A stretch of 64,000 bases of DNA from Bacillota bacterium (GTDB lineage: Bacteria; Bacillota; SHA-98; UBA4971), in NCBI GenBank assembly GCA_012842395.1, contig DUSX01000018.1, positions 62,116 through 126,115 of the forward strand, given 5' to 3'. Below, one piece after another: positions 38,037 to 48,083 of the stretch; positions within the stretch are counted from its first letter, which is position 1; each line of letters begins with the position of its first letter. The notes beneath the pieces were generated by a model. It had not been told where the DNA came from. It searched no databases and saw nothing but the letters and a program-made list of their open reading frames with translations. The translations under genes were made by a program, and so were the position numbers.

Positions 38037-38879
38037 GTGGCCGGGGACAGGTGGCGGTTGGCGGTTGTGATCACGAGCCGTCGCAATCCGAAGATCCAAG
38101 AGATAAGAAAGCTTGCGCGCCGCGAGCATCGGGCTGCGACGCGCCGGTGCCTTCTCGAAGGCACGAGGTGCGTGGAGGAGGCCATGGATGCGGGGGCTAG
38201 GATATATGAGGTCCTGGTCACCCCGCATCTTCTTCACTCTGCACGCGGAGAGACGCTGCTAGAGCGGTTGAAGGCGGCTGGGGCGGGAGTAGCTGTGGTC
38301 ACGGACGAGGTGATCGCGGTGGTGTCGGACACAGAGACCCCCCAGGGAATCGTGGCCGTGGCGGCCATGTCTTCGGAGACGCTGTGTCTCGACGGGAACC
38401 CTTTGATCCTTGTGGTTGACGGAGTCCGTGACCCGGGGAACCTGGGCACGCTGATTCGGACGGCTGCCGCACTCGGAAGCGGCGGGGTTATCGTTACCCG
38501 CGGGACTGTCGACATATACAACCCCAAGTGCGTCCGGGCGACCATGGGGAGCCTCTTTCGGGTGCCGGTGGAGGAACGGCCCGACGCGACCGCTGCGGTG
38601 TCCTTTCTCAAAGAGCGCGGGCTTCGCGTCGTCGCAGGGGACGTTCGTGCTAAGACGGCGTGCTACGACTGGGATTTCACTGGGCCGACCGCCGTGCTGG
38701 TGGGTGGTGAGGCGTTCGGGCCGTCCGCGGACGTCTTGACGAGGTGCGACGGCCAGGTGAGGATCCCCATGCCGGGCGGGGTTGAGTCATTCAACGTGGC
38801 GGTGGCCGGCTCGATTCTCATGTATGAGGCCGTGGCGCAGAGAGCGACATGCCGGCGGGAACGGGCTGGGAAGGCCTAG
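38037..38879 (+). CDS. TrmH/SpoU-family RNA 2'-O-methyltransferase (YsgA-like)
   Basis: SpoU methylase motifs LILVVDGVRDPGNLGTLIRTAAALG and C-terminal SFNVAVAGSILMYE. Position equivalent to B. subtilis ysgA upstream of pheS. Confidence 0.75.
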   Translation: MAGDRWRLAVVITSRRNPKIQEIRKLARREHRAATRRCLLEGTRCVEEAMDAGARIYEVLVTPHLLHSARGETLLERLKAAGAGVAVVTDEVIAVVSDTETPQGIVAVAAMSSETLCLDGNPLILVVDGVRDPGNLGTLIRTAAALGSGGVIVTRGTVDIYNPKCVRATMGSLFRVPVEERPDATAAVSFLKERGLRVVAGDVRAKTACYDWDFTGPTAVLVGGEAFGPSADVLTRCDGQVRIPMPGGVESFNVAVAGSILMYEAVAQRATCRRERAGKA

Positions 38880-39379
38880 AAATGCCTGTTGCGGGCCAGG
38901 GGACGGCTGTGCTATAATGAGACGCAAAGAGTCCGACCGACACCTCTGAAGGGACGTGGTTCCTCGATGCTGGGAGCGGACTTCTTCTGGCGGCTCTTCG
39001 AAGTTACAGGATCGATCACGGCCTACCTGATTTACAGGATGCTGGTTACCCAGTAGCAGTCGGTGCCCGCGATTCGCGGTGGCAATTTGGGATGGATTCG
39101 GGATGGCGGGTGTCAGCCGAGAAGAGATGGAAGGGATGGCGCGGATCACGCACAGGTGAGGGTTTACATATCACGGGCCGTTCCCGGCTAACGCTGGACG
39201 GGTCGGAACGGCTTGAGACAGAGAACGCCATATGATCCACAGGCGATGAAGGAGAGGAGTAGACGGGACGAAGCCCCAAGGGAGGGCGCGTCGAAGACTG
39301 GAAGCGCGCCTGGGTCGGTTCCGTTGAAGTTCGCTCCTGAGCTGCAGGCTGAAAGAGCCCGGGCTTGCTTGGTCCTAGG

Positions 39380-39657
39380 GCTGCGTTTTGGTGTGAGAGC
39401 TCGAGAACACGGGTACACGAACGTGTTCCGCGGCAGACCGGGGGCGTCGCTGGAGAGTTCTCCCCGCGAGTAGGCTGCGCCGGAACCCCACCGTTACAAG
39501 GGGAGGGCATCGGCCTTTGAGCCTGTGCCTGGCAAATGAGATGGCGGGCAATGGCCCGGCGCCGGGTTTCGTTTTGACGGCGCGCATAGGCCTGCCAAGA
39601 AGGGTGGTACCACGGAGCCACAGTCTTCGTCCCTTGGAAGACTGTGGCTTTTTTATT
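39380..39657 (+). promoter_or_regulatory. T-box riboswitch leader with Phe (UUC) specifier, upstream of tlyA-pheS-pheT
   Basis: T-box AGGGTGGTACCACGG at 39601-39615. Terminator CCACAGTCTTC...GAAGACTGTGG plus CTTTTTTATT at 39618-39657. GAGAGUUCUCC specifier-loop candidate with UUC at 39458-39460. Confidence 0.65.
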
Positions 39658-39682
39658 GGGAGGAGCGAGGAGGGGGAAGGGG

Positions 39683-40555
39683 ATGAGCCATGTGGTGAGG
39701 TATACAAAAAAGAGGCGACTTGACGAGCTCCTGGTCGAGCGCGGGTTTTTTGACAGTCGCCGTGCTGCGACCGGATATATCATGGCTGGCAAGGTTCTCG
39801 TGAACGGTCAGCGCGAAGACAAACCCGGCACCGTGGTGCCGTATGACGCGGACATAAGGGTGAAGGGCGTCGAGATGCCGTTCGTGGGGCGCGGCGGCCT
39901 GAAGTTGGACCATGCGCTTCGGGAATTCGGACTGGACGTGACGGGGAAGGTGGTCCTGGACGCGGGCGCGTCCACTGGCGGCTTCACGGACTGTCTCCTG
40001 CAGCGCGGCGCCAGGCTTGTCTACGCGGTCGACGTGGGCTTTGGGCAGCTTGCGGGAAAGCTACGCGTGGATCCGAGGGTCGTGTCGTTTGAGCGCACGA
40101 ACATCAGCGATCTCGAGCCCGCGCGCCTTGTGCCCGCGCCGGAGATGGCCGTGGCAGACCTCTCTTATCTGTCGCTCTTGAAGGCGATCCCGATCATCGC
40201 CCGCCTCATCATCGGAGAGGGAGACATCGTGGCACTCATAAAGCCGCTCTTTGAGGACTCGAGACCCGCTGCAGCGGAGGATCCCTGCGTTCACAGAGAT
40301 GTGCTTGCCCGGTTGGTCAGCCAGTTCGACCAGAAGGGATTCGGCGTGCTGGGCTTGACTCCGTCGCCTGTTCTCGGCAGCTCCGGCACGGTGGAGTTCC
40401 TCATCTGGCTATCGAAGTCAGCCAAGCACACGCGCGTAGCTGAGGTCTGGAATGCGATTCCCGCTGTGGTGGCCGCGTCGCAGCACCTGAGGGAAGCCAC
40501 CCGGCGCGAGCGTGAGCGCGCTCAAGCTGGCGCGGAAGGGGAAGCGCGTCTGTAA
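39683..40555 (+). CDS. tlyA: TlyA-family rRNA 2'-O-methyltransferase (S4 domain plus FtsJ-like methyltransferase, hemolysin A-like)
   Basis: RLDELLVERGFFDSRRAATGYIMAGKVLVNG (S4). DAGASTGGFTDCLLQRGA SAM-binding motif. GGGAGG/GGAAGGGG RBS before ATG 39683. Confidence 0.8.
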   Translation: MSHVVRYTKKRRLDELLVERGFFDSRRAATGYIMAGKVLVNGQREDKPGTVVPYDADIRVKGVEMPFVGRGGLKLDHALREFGLDVTGKVVLDAGASTGGFTDCLLQRGARLVYAVDVGFGQLAGKLRVDPRVVSFERTNISDLEPARLVPAPEMAVADLSYLSLLKAIPIIARLIIGEGDIVALIKPLFEDSRPAAAEDPCVHRDVLARLVSQFDQKGFGVLGLTPSPVLGSSGTVEFLIWLSKSAKHTRVAEVWNAIPAVVAASQHLREATRRERERAQAGAEGEARL

Positions 40556-40642
40556 GGGGTGCAGGGGAGCAAGACGGAAAGGCAAGTGTCCAAGTGTCCA
40601 AGTGTCGGACAACACTTGGCGCGACGATTGGAGGGTCTAGGG

Positions 40643-41692
40643 ATGCGTGAGGAGATCGAGAATGTTATATCAGAGGCCGCCACGGACATTCGCGCGGCAT
40701 CAACTCTTGCGGAGCTCGATGAGGTGAGGGTGAGGTATCTGGGTAAGAAGGGCCGGATCACGACAGCCCTCCGGAGCTTGGGCTCCTGCCCGCCTGAAGA
40801 ACGTCCGACGCTGGGAAGGCTTCTCAACGAGGCGCGCGAATCGGTGGAGGCCATGCTAGTCCGTCGCAGAGACGAGGTGGCCGCCCGTGAGAAAGCCGAG
40901 ATCCTCGAGGCTGAGAGGCTCGATATCACTCTGCCCGGAACGAGACCGGCTGTGGGGGCGAGGCATCCCATAAAGATGGTCTACGAAGAGCTGGAGGAGA
41001 TCTTCGGGCGCATGGGCTTCGAGGTGGCTGAGGGCCCCGACGTTGAACTGGATTATTACAATTTCGAGGCCTTGAATGTTCCAAAGAACCACCCGTCCCG
41101 GGACATTCAGGATACGTTCTACATCTCCGAAGACGTGGTGCTTCGGACCCACACTACGTGCGTGGATGTGCGGGTCATGGCAGGCCGCAAGCCCCCGATC
41201 CGGGCGATCATACCTGGCAAGGTTTATAGGTCAGACGCGTCAGACCCGTCGCACCTGCCGGTGTTCCACCAGCTTGACGGGTTTGCGGTTGACGAGGGCA
41301 TCACGTTCGGTGATCTCAAGGGCACGCTCACGAGGTTTGCCCGCGAGTTCTTCGGCCCCGGCACGAGAGTCCGGTTTCGCCCGAGCTATTTTCCGTTTAC
41401 AGAGCCCAGCGCCGAGATGGACGTGTCGTGCGTGATCTGCGGCGGCAGCGGATGCCGCGTATGCAAGAACACGGGCTGGCTTGAGATCCTGGGATCGGGG
41501 CTCTTCCATCCGAAGGTGCTGGAGGCGGTGGGGTACGATCCCGAGAAGGTGTCGGGGCTCGCGTTTGGCATGGGCGCGGACAGAATTGCCATGTTGAAAT
41601 ACGGGATCGATGACATCCGCCTCCTCGCGGAAAACGACATGCGCTTCAACAGGCAATTTCGCGATCTCATCTACGCATCGACGGAGGGTTGA
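40643..41692 (+). CDS. pheS: Phenylalanyl-tRNA synthetase alpha subunit
   Basis: FEALNVPKNHPSRDIQDTFY and class II motifs. GGAGGG RBS before ATG 40643. The track ORF starts earlier, at 40559. Confidence 0.9.
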   Translation: MREEIENVISEAATDIRAASTLAELDEVRVRYLGKKGRITTALRSLGSCPPEERPTLGRLLNEARESVEAMLVRRRDEVAAREKAEILEAERLDITLPGTRPAVGARHPIKMVYEELEEIFGRMGFEVAEGPDVELDYYNFEALNVPKNHPSRDIQDTFYISEDVVLRTHTTCVDVRVMAGRKPPIRAIIPGKVYRSDASDPSHLPVFHQLDGFAVDEGITFGDLKGTLTRFAREFFGPGTRVRFRPSYFPFTEPSAEMDVSCVICGGSGCRVCKNTGWLEILGSGLFHPKVLEAVGYDPEKVSGLAFGMGADRIAMLKYGIDDIRLLAENDMRFNRQFRDLIYASTEG

Positions 41693-41695
41693 GAC

Positions 41696-43882
41696 ATGCT
41701 CGTACCTTACGAATGGCTGAAGGAATTCGTGCCTGGGCTTCCCCCGGCGGGCCAGGTTGCCCGCGAGCTCACGATGGCAGGCGTTGCGGTCGAGGCGGTC
41801 ACGGGCGAAGGGGAGGCGACCGTCTTCGATTTCGAGATAACCCACAACCGTCCCGACCTGTTGAGCGTGTTCGGCATTGCGCGCGAGGCCGCGGCGGTCT
41901 TTTCCTTGCCACTGCGACATCCGACCCTTGTGGTGCCTGAAGAAGGGCGCGCTGCGCACGACATGGCGGCGCTCGAGATCGCTGCGCCGGACCTGTGCCG
42001 CAGGTACATTGCACGGATCATCACGGACGTGAGTATCCGGCCCTCACCTGCCTGGATGCAGGCGAGGCTTGCAGCCGCGGGCGTTCGGTCTATCAACAAC
42101 GTTGTCGATGTTACAAACTACGTCATGTTGGAGCTCGGTCAGCCCCTGCACGCGTTCGACCTTGACCTCCTGGAGGGGCGCCGGATAGTGGTCCGCCGGG
42201 CTCTGCCGGGCGAGTCTCTCACCACCATCGATGGCGAAGAGCGCGTGCTGGGCGGAGAGATGCTGGTGATCGCGGATGCACGCCGCCCGGTGGCGGTGGC
42301 CGGGGTCATGGGCGGCCTTGAGACCGAGGTGAGCGAGGGGACCAAGACGGTGCTCCTCGAGTCTGCGAACTTCGACGGCGTAAGCGTATGGCGTACCTCC
42401 CGCACCCTTCGCATGCGCACGGAGGCCTCGAGCCGGTTTTCGCGCGGCCTGTGGCCTGAAAACGCGCGCATGGGGGTCGACCGGGCGGCGGCGCTGATAG
42501 CCGCGGTGGGCGCTGGAAGGATAGCCGCGGGAATGCTCGACGCGTACCCCGGGCGTGAGGAGCCGGTTTGGGTGACTCTGCGCCCGAGCCGTGTGAATCA
42601 CCTGCTCGGCACCGCCATCCCAGCTGAGGAGATGAAGGATATCCTCATGAGGCTCGGTTTCATCGTTGAGCCTCAAGGCCACAACGCGTATCGGGTTCTC
42701 GTTCCCGACCACCGCCGGGACGTGTCCAGGGAGGAGGACCTTGTCGAGGAGATCGCGAGGCTATACGGGTATGACAAGATAGAAGCCACCCTCCCCAAGG
42801 GGGCACCGCCGGAGGCGCAGCCTCAGCCCGCGAGACAGCTTGCCGCGCGAGCCGGGGAGATCCTCAGGGCGTGCGGCCTTTCAGAAGTGGAGACGATCAC
42901 GTTCACGAACTTTGAAACGTGCCGCAAGCTCCGCATCCCAGAGGAGCTCACGGGACGCTCCGTGCGGATATCGAATCCGCTCTCGAGCGACTACACCATC
43001 ATGCGGACCACGCTTCTCACCAGCCTCGTCGATGTGCTCCAGAGGAATGCCGCCCGTCGTGAGGACGATGTGGCGATCTACGAGATCGCCAAGGTGTACC
43101 TCAGGCGTGAGGGCGAAGCGGCGGCTGGCGCGGCTTCGGAGGACCGTCTCCCCATCGAGGGGGGCGAGAGAAGAGCGAACGAAAGCCTGCTCCCGTGCGA
43201 GCCGACGAAGATAGGCCTCGCCGTGATGGGCAGGATGGCTGAGTCCTCCTGGGAGCATAGAAGCGCTGACGCGGGTTTCTTCGACCTCAAGGGCATCGTG
43301 GAGACGCTTCTCGAAAGCCTGGGCGTGCGTGACCCCAAGTTCGTCGCGGCGGCTCACCCGTCCCTGCACCCGGGGAGGGCGGCGCGGGTTGTGGCTGTGC
43401 CGGCCCGTGCACGAGAGGTCTTGGCGGGCCAGAGGAGCGGGGAGGGCACGGCGGTCGTCGACGTCGGGTACCTGGGCGAGCTACACCCGGACATCCAGGA
43501 GGCGTTCGGTCTTCGCAAGCGGGCGTACGTGGCAGAGCTCGACCTTGCTGCCATCCTTGCGGCGAGGGAACGCGCGCGCCGTGTGGAGCCTCTTGCCAGA
43601 TTCCCTGCGGTCACGAGGGATATGGCGGTCATTGTGCGCCGGGACATCCCGTGTTCAGAGGTCTTAAGCGTGATGAAGGCTGCCGGGATGGGTCTTGCGG
43701 AAGACCTGAGGCTCTTTGATGTGTATGAGGGACCGCAGGTCCCCGAAGGTCACAGGAGTCTCGCGTTTTCCATCACGTATAGGAGCCCGGACCGCACCCT
43801 GACCGACTCTGAGGTTGATAGGGCCCATGCTGACATCGCGTCTGCGCTTTCCCGCAGGCTCGGTGCGACGGTGAGGGAGTGA
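41696..43882 (+). CDS. pheT: Phenylalanyl-tRNA synthetase beta subunit
   Basis: 728 aa. B3/B4, B5 and FDX-ACB domains. C-terminus VYEGPQVPEGHRSLAFSITYRSPDRTLTD. Confidence 0.9.
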   Translation: MLVPYEWLKEFVPGLPPAGQVARELTMAGVAVEAVTGEGEATVFDFEITHNRPDLLSVFGIAREAAAVFSLPLRHPTLVVPEEGRAAHDMAALEIAAPDLCRRYIARIITDVSIRPSPAWMQARLAAAGVRSINNVVDVTNYVMLELGQPLHAFDLDLLEGRRIVVRRALPGESLTTIDGEERVLGGEMLVIADARRPVAVAGVMGGLETEVSEGTKTVLLESANFDGVSVWRTSRTLRMRTEASSRFSRGLWPENARMGVDRAAALIAAVGAGRIAAGMLDAYPGREEPVWVTLRPSRVNHLLGTAIPAEEMKDILMRLGFIVEPQGHNAYRVLVPDHRRDVSREEDLVEEIARLYGYDKIEATLPKGAPPEAQPQPARQLAARAGEILRACGLSEVETITFTNFETCRKLRIPEELTGRSVRISNPLSSDYTIMRTTLLTSLVDVLQRNAARREDDVAIYEIAKVYLRREGEAAAGAASEDRLPIEGGERRANESLLPCEPTKIGLAVMGRMAESSWEHRSADAGFFDLKGIVETLLESLGVRDPKFVAAAHPSLHPGRAARVVAVPARAREVLAGQRSGEGTAVVDVGYLGELHPDIQEAFGLRKRAYVAELDLAAILAARERARRVEPLARFPAVTRDMAVIVRRDIPCSEVLSVMKAAGMGLAEDLRLFDVYEGPQVPEGHRSLAFSITYRSPDRTLTDSEVDRAHADIASALSRRLGATVRE

Positions 43883-44101
43883 GCTCCGCGGCGCGGCAGG
43901 GCGACTGGCTCTGACTCGGCCGCCGCGACCAGGGCTCCACCAGGGCTGCGGCTCCGGTCCAGGCCCTTCACGCTCAAGGGCGAAATTCGCGGGCCTCATC
44001 GCTCTACAAGGAGGTAATCGAAAGAACGCTGTAGAAGTTTAGAAAGAAAGGGCGCGAACACATCGGATTCCGGCAAGGAGCGTCGAAGGAGCGTCGAACG
44101 T

Positions 44102-44398
44102 ATGATGGGAGCAGGTTCTCTGGGTGAAGCTGAGCGTGGGGTTAGCGGGCCGAGGAAGAATCGGGTCACCGTTAACATCATGGACGAAGAATACACCATC
44201 AGGGCCGACGCGGACCCGGAGTATATGAAGCTGCTCGCGAAGGTGGTGGACGAGAGGGTCCGCGCCGCGCTCTCCGCAAATCCCAGGCTTGCTAGGAGCC
44301 GCGCGGCCATCCTGGCGTGCCTTTCCTTCGCTGATGACTTGGAGAAACTGAAGGCCCGATACGAGGAGCTCATGCGCATGGTTGAGGAAGCGAGATAG
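44102..44398 (+). CDS. zapA: Cell division protein ZapA
   Basis: VTVNIMDEEYTIRADADPEYMKLLAKVVDERV typical of ZapA. Position after pheT, as in Bacillus. Confidence 0.65.
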   Translation: MMGAGSLGEAERGVSGPRKNRVTVNIMDEEYTIRADADPEYMKLLAKVVDERVRAALSANPRLARSRAAILACLSFADDLEKLKARYEELMRMVEEAR

Positions 44399-44412
44399 GG
44401 AGGGCGTTCCGC

Positions 44413-45000
44413 ATGGACTGGCTCAGCCTTCTTATCCTTGTGTTCGTAGGCCTCATGGCTTTCGCCGGGCTAAGGCAGGGCCTGATGCGACAGGTGTTGG
44501 GGCTTGCAGGCCTCGTGGCCGCCCTCGTGCTCGCGTTTCAATATTATGAGAGGGTTGGCACGTTCCTTCTCGACTACTTTGTGATCCCGAGGGCTCTCGC
44601 GAACACCATCGGTTTCGCCGCCGTTTGCGTCGGCGTCGGGCTGGCCGTGAGCATTGTGGAGTGGCTTTGGGGCAGGCTGGTTCGGTACACGCCCGTGTCA
44701 TGGCTGGACGCGGCTGGCGGCGCGCTGTTTGGGCTCCTCAAGGGCGCCGTGATCGTCGCGCTCGTGCTGCTCGTGCTGTACGCGCTCCCCGTGAAAGGCC
44801 TCCGCGAGGTCATCGATGGCTCGTCCATCGCAAGGGAGTTCCTGGACGCCTCTCCGATCATCTACGGCAAGCTCGAGGAGATCCTTCCTACGGGAGTGCC
44901 ATCCTTCATCCGGGGCGGTGACGGTGACCGAGGCGGGCGTGAGGAGGCGCCGGGCGAGGGCGAGCCTGGCCCCGGCCTTGCGCCTCAGGGCCGGGCATAG
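44413..45000 (+). CDS. CvpA-family membrane protein (YshB-like)
   Basis: MDWLSLLILVFVGLMAFAGLRQGL plus additional TM helices. Synteny with zapA-yshB-polX. Confidence 0.6.
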   Translation: MDWLSLLILVFVGLMAFAGLRQGLMRQVLGLAGLVAALVLAFQYYERVGTFLLDYFVIPRALANTIGFAAVCVGVGLAVSIVEWLWGRLVRYTPVSWLDAAGGALFGLLKGAVIVALVLLVLYALPVKGLREVIDGSSIAREFLDASPIIYGKLEEILPTGVPSFIRGGDGDRGGREEAPGEGEPGPGLAPQGRA

Positions 45001-45056
45001 GAAAGCATCTCGATGTCGCGCGTATCCCGGATCGGACCGTGGGGGGATTTCGGGCC

Positions 45057-46790
45057 ATGGACAACACAGGCATCGCCTTGGTGTTTCGCGAGCTCGCGGA
45101 CCTTCTCGAACTCAAGGGCGAGAACCCTTTCAAGATCCGCGCATATAGGCGTGCAGCAGACGTCATAGAGAGCCTTCCCGAGGATGCGGCGAAGCTCGCA
45201 GCTGAGGGGAGGCTCAAGAGCATCCAGGGCATAGGGGATGCGATTGAGAAAAAGACCGCTGAGATCGCGAATACCGGGAGACTCAGACTGCTTGAGGAGC
45301 TCAGGCGCGAGATCCCCCCTGGGCTGCGGGACCTGCTGAGAATCCCCGGAGTGGGACCGCGCACGGCAGCCGCGGTGTTCCGACATCTCGGTGTGGCAAG
45401 CGTGAATGAACTCGAGAGCGCCGCTCGCGACGGTAGGCTCGAGAACGTGCCGGGCCTGGGAGCGAAAACCGCTATGAACATCCTGCAGGCCATCGAGAGG
45501 CTGCGTGAAGGGGACTGGACCAGGACTCCGCTTGGAGAGGCGGTAACGCTGGCCCGGTCCCTTCTTGACAGGTTGGCCGACGTGCAGGGCGTGAGCGAGG
45601 CCGCCGTGGCCGGGAGTGTGCGGAGGTGGCGGGAGACGTGCGGGGACCTGGATGTAGTGGTGGGGGCAGACGACGGCGGCCCGGTCACGGAAGCGGTTCG
45701 AACGTGGGGCGAGGTCTCCAAGGTGCTCAGCGCCGGGGAGGCAAGGAGCGTGTTCGGCACGCGCCGCGGTTTGGACCTGGACATCCGGGTGGTGCCTCCG
45801 ACGGAGTTCGTCCCCGCGCTTCACTGTGCCACGGGCTCTGCGGCTCACATCATGAGGCTTCGCGCGATCGCTCGCGAGCGAGGCATGACCATGAGCGAGC
45901 GCGGCCTCTTCTCGCCCGATGGCAGTCGGCTATCTCTCGCGGGTGAGGAAGACATTTACGCCGCGCTGGGTCTGCAATACGTGCCGCCGGAGCTCCGGGA
46001 GGACGCCGGCGAGGTCGAGGCCGCTGCGGAGGGAAGACTGCCGCACCTTGTCGGTGAGGGAGACATCCGGGGAGACCTTCACGTTCACAGCAATTGGAGC
46101 GACGGCGCGTCCTCCATCGAGGCCATGGCTGAGGCGGCGCGGGCGAGGGGGTATGAGTACATCGCGATCTGCGATCACTCGAAGTCCCTAGGTATTGCCG
46201 GAGGCCTGACTGAAGAAGAGGTCCTGAGACAAACCGAGTTCATCACAGACCTGAATCGGCGCCTGCACGGCATCACCGTGCTTTCGGGAATAGAGGTCGA
46301 CATCAAGAAAGACGGCACCCTAGACCTCCCGGACGAGATCCTCTCGCGGCTCGATATCGTGGTGGCCTCCGTGCATTCGTCCTTCAGACAATCGAGAGAA
46401 GCGATGACGGAGCGGATAATCCGCGCAATAAGGAACGGGAACGTGGACATCATCGGGCACCCCACAGGCAGGGTGCTCGGAAGGCGCGACGCGTACGACG
46501 TAGACCTGGACAGGGTCGTCGAGGAGGCCGCGCGCTGGGGCGTGGCTCTTGAGATCAACGCGCATCCCGAGAGACTGGATCTTGACGCAAAATGGGCCAG
46601 GAGGGCCAGGGACCGAGGCGCGATCCTTGCTGTAAGCACGGACTCGCATAGCTTCGACGAGCTCGGCTACATGGTGTTCGGCCTCGGCGTCGCGAGGAGG
46701 GGTTGGCTCGAGCGATGCCACATAGTGAACACATGGGCTCTTGAGAAGCTGCGCGAATGGCTCTCCCGAACCCGGAATCTCGAGGTCTGA
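45057..46790 (+). CDS. polX: DNA polymerase X family protein with C-terminal PHP phosphoesterase domain (PolX)
   Basis: N-terminal pol-beta-like HhH (GENPFKIRAYRRAADVIE). C-terminal PHP motifs DLHVHSNWSDG...GIEVDI... Confidence 0.85.
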   Translation: MDNTGIALVFRELADLLELKGENPFKIRAYRRAADVIESLPEDAAKLAAEGRLKSIQGIGDAIEKKTAEIANTGRLRLLEELRREIPPGLRDLLRIPGVGPRTAAAVFRHLGVASVNELESAARDGRLENVPGLGAKTAMNILQAIERLREGDWTRTPLGEAVTLARSLLDRLADVQGVSEAAVAGSVRRWRETCGDLDVVVGADDGGPVTEAVRTWGEVSKVLSAGEARSVFGTRRGLDLDIRVVPPTEFVPALHCATGSAAHIMRLRAIARERGMTMSERGLFSPDGSRLSLAGEEDIYAALGLQYVPPELREDAGEVEAAAEGRLPHLVGEGDIRGDLHVHSNWSDGASSIEAMAEAARARGYEYIAICDHSKSLGIAGGLTEEEVLRQTEFITDLNRRLHGITVLSGIEVDIKKDGTLDLPDEILSRLDIVVASVHSSFRQSREAMTERIIRAIRNGNVDIIGHPTGRVLGRRDAYDVDLDRVVEEAARWGVALEINAHPERLDLDAKWARRARDRGAILAVSTDSHSFDELGYMVFGLGVARRGWLERCHIVNTWALEKLREWLSRTRNLEV

Positions 46791-46811
46791 GCGTGGCAAC
46801 ACTACGGCCGG

Positions 46812-47984
46812 GTGGGACCCATGTCGCGGGAGAAAGGTGCCGAAACGAGATGGACAGCTGCCCGGATGATCTATGGCATGTCCCTTTGGGTGGTCCCGAA
46901 GGTCGACGAGGAGCTGGCGAGGTGGAGGAGGGCTCTGGAATCCTCTCCTGATCCCGAGCTCAGAGCTCAGGGTCTCGCAAGCCTACGGCGGAAGCGTTTC
47001 CATGCGATCGGTGGCTCCGTGTACAGCTTGGAGTCCCGCGCGTCGAGGGGTCTCGTCAGGCTGATAGTCGCTTACCAGACCATCAGCGACTATCTTGACA
47101 ACCTGTGTGACCGCGCGGGGGTATGCGACACCGCCGCGTTCGAGCGGCTTCACCAAGCCATGCTCGACGCGCTTTCAAAGGCGAGGGCTGGCGCGGACGG
47201 CATGGAGCGTGGCAGAGGCCTCGAGACAGACGGGTACTATGGATTGTACCCTCGAAAAGCCGATGGCGGCTACCTCCGCTCGCTAGTGGAGGAGTGCACC
47301 AGTCAGATCGCGCGCCTTCCCGGGTACGATGCGGCCGTCGAGGCTGAGGCCCTCAGACTTGCCCGGCTCTACGCGGACCTACAGGTCCGCAAGCACGCCG
47401 CCCCGGAGGAAAGGGTCCCTCTTCTCCTGGACTGGTGGAGACGCGAGAGTGGGGCAACGACGGGTATGGTTCAGGGAGTCGGATTGCCAGACACTGCTTG
47501 GTGGGAATTCGCGGCCGCTTCAGGATCCACTCTCGGCATTTTCGCGCTTTTCAGCTTCGCTGCGGGCGGAGGGCCGGGGCACGGTCCGCTTCAGGGCCTA
47601 GGCCCCGATCCAGCACGCGAGCTGTCTCGAGCGTATTTCCCGTGGGTTGGCGGCCTACACATACTCCTGGACTACCTAATCGATCTGAACGAGGACGCCC
47701 GGGAGGGCGATCTCAACTTTGTGAGCTTTTACAGGGACGAGCGCGAGCGGCGGGAGAGGCTGGGCTACTTTGTCGACAAGGCACTACAAGCGGTGTCCCG
47801 CCTCCCGAACGCGTCATTTCACGAGATGGTTGTGAAGGGGCTTCTCGCCATGTACCTCTCGGACCCAAAGGTCGCCGAGGGCGGGCTGGAAGGGCTGGCT
47901 GCGTTCCTCCTTGCAAAAGCTGGACCTGCCGCGCGCCGCATGTGGCGGGCGTGCCGGCTCTTCAGGCGGACTGGCATGCTCTGA
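46812..47984 (+). CDS. YtpB-like protein (DUF2600, tetraprenyl-beta-curcumene synthase family)
   Basis: IVAYQTISDYLDNLCDR segment, recalled as characteristic of B. subtilis YtpB/DUF2600. About 390 aa. Confidence 0.5.
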   Translation: MGPMSREKGAETRWTAARMIYGMSLWVVPKVDEELARWRRALESSPDPELRAQGLASLRRKRFHAIGGSVYSLESRASRGLVRLIVAYQTISDYLDNLCDRAGVCDTAAFERLHQAMLDALSKARAGADGMERGRGLETDGYYGLYPRKADGGYLRSLVEECTSQIARLPGYDAAVEAEALRLARLYADLQVRKHAAPEERVPLLLDWWRRESGATTGMVQGVGLPDTAWWEFAAASGSTLGIFALFSFAAGGGPGHGPLQGLGPDPARELSRAYFPWVGGLHILLDYLIDLNEDAREGDLNFVSFYRDERERRERLGYFVDKALQAVSRLPNASFHEMVVKGLLAMYLSDPKVAEGGLEGLAAFLLAKAGPAARRMWRACRLFRRTGML

Positions 47985-48083
47985 GCCTCGCCCCTCCCGC
48001 TACGGAAGACGGGCGCGTTCCCCGCGTCGGCCTCCAAGTGGAGGTGCGAAGAAAGTGGCGCGAACCTTTGGGCACATACTTAG
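47985..48083. repeat. Fragment carrying the right terminal inverted repeat of the MITE-like element
   Basis: Ends GCGCGAACCTTTGGGCACATACTTAG, compared with the element right end GCGCGAACTCTTGGCGACATACTTAG. The left boundary is unclear. Confidence 0.4.

Noticed and set aside
39213-39473. 86-aa ORF inside the Phe T-box leader
   Set aside because: It overlaps the predicted stem I and specifier region of the T-box. Its composition is Arg/Glu/Ala-rich and it has no RBS, so it is likely non-coding.
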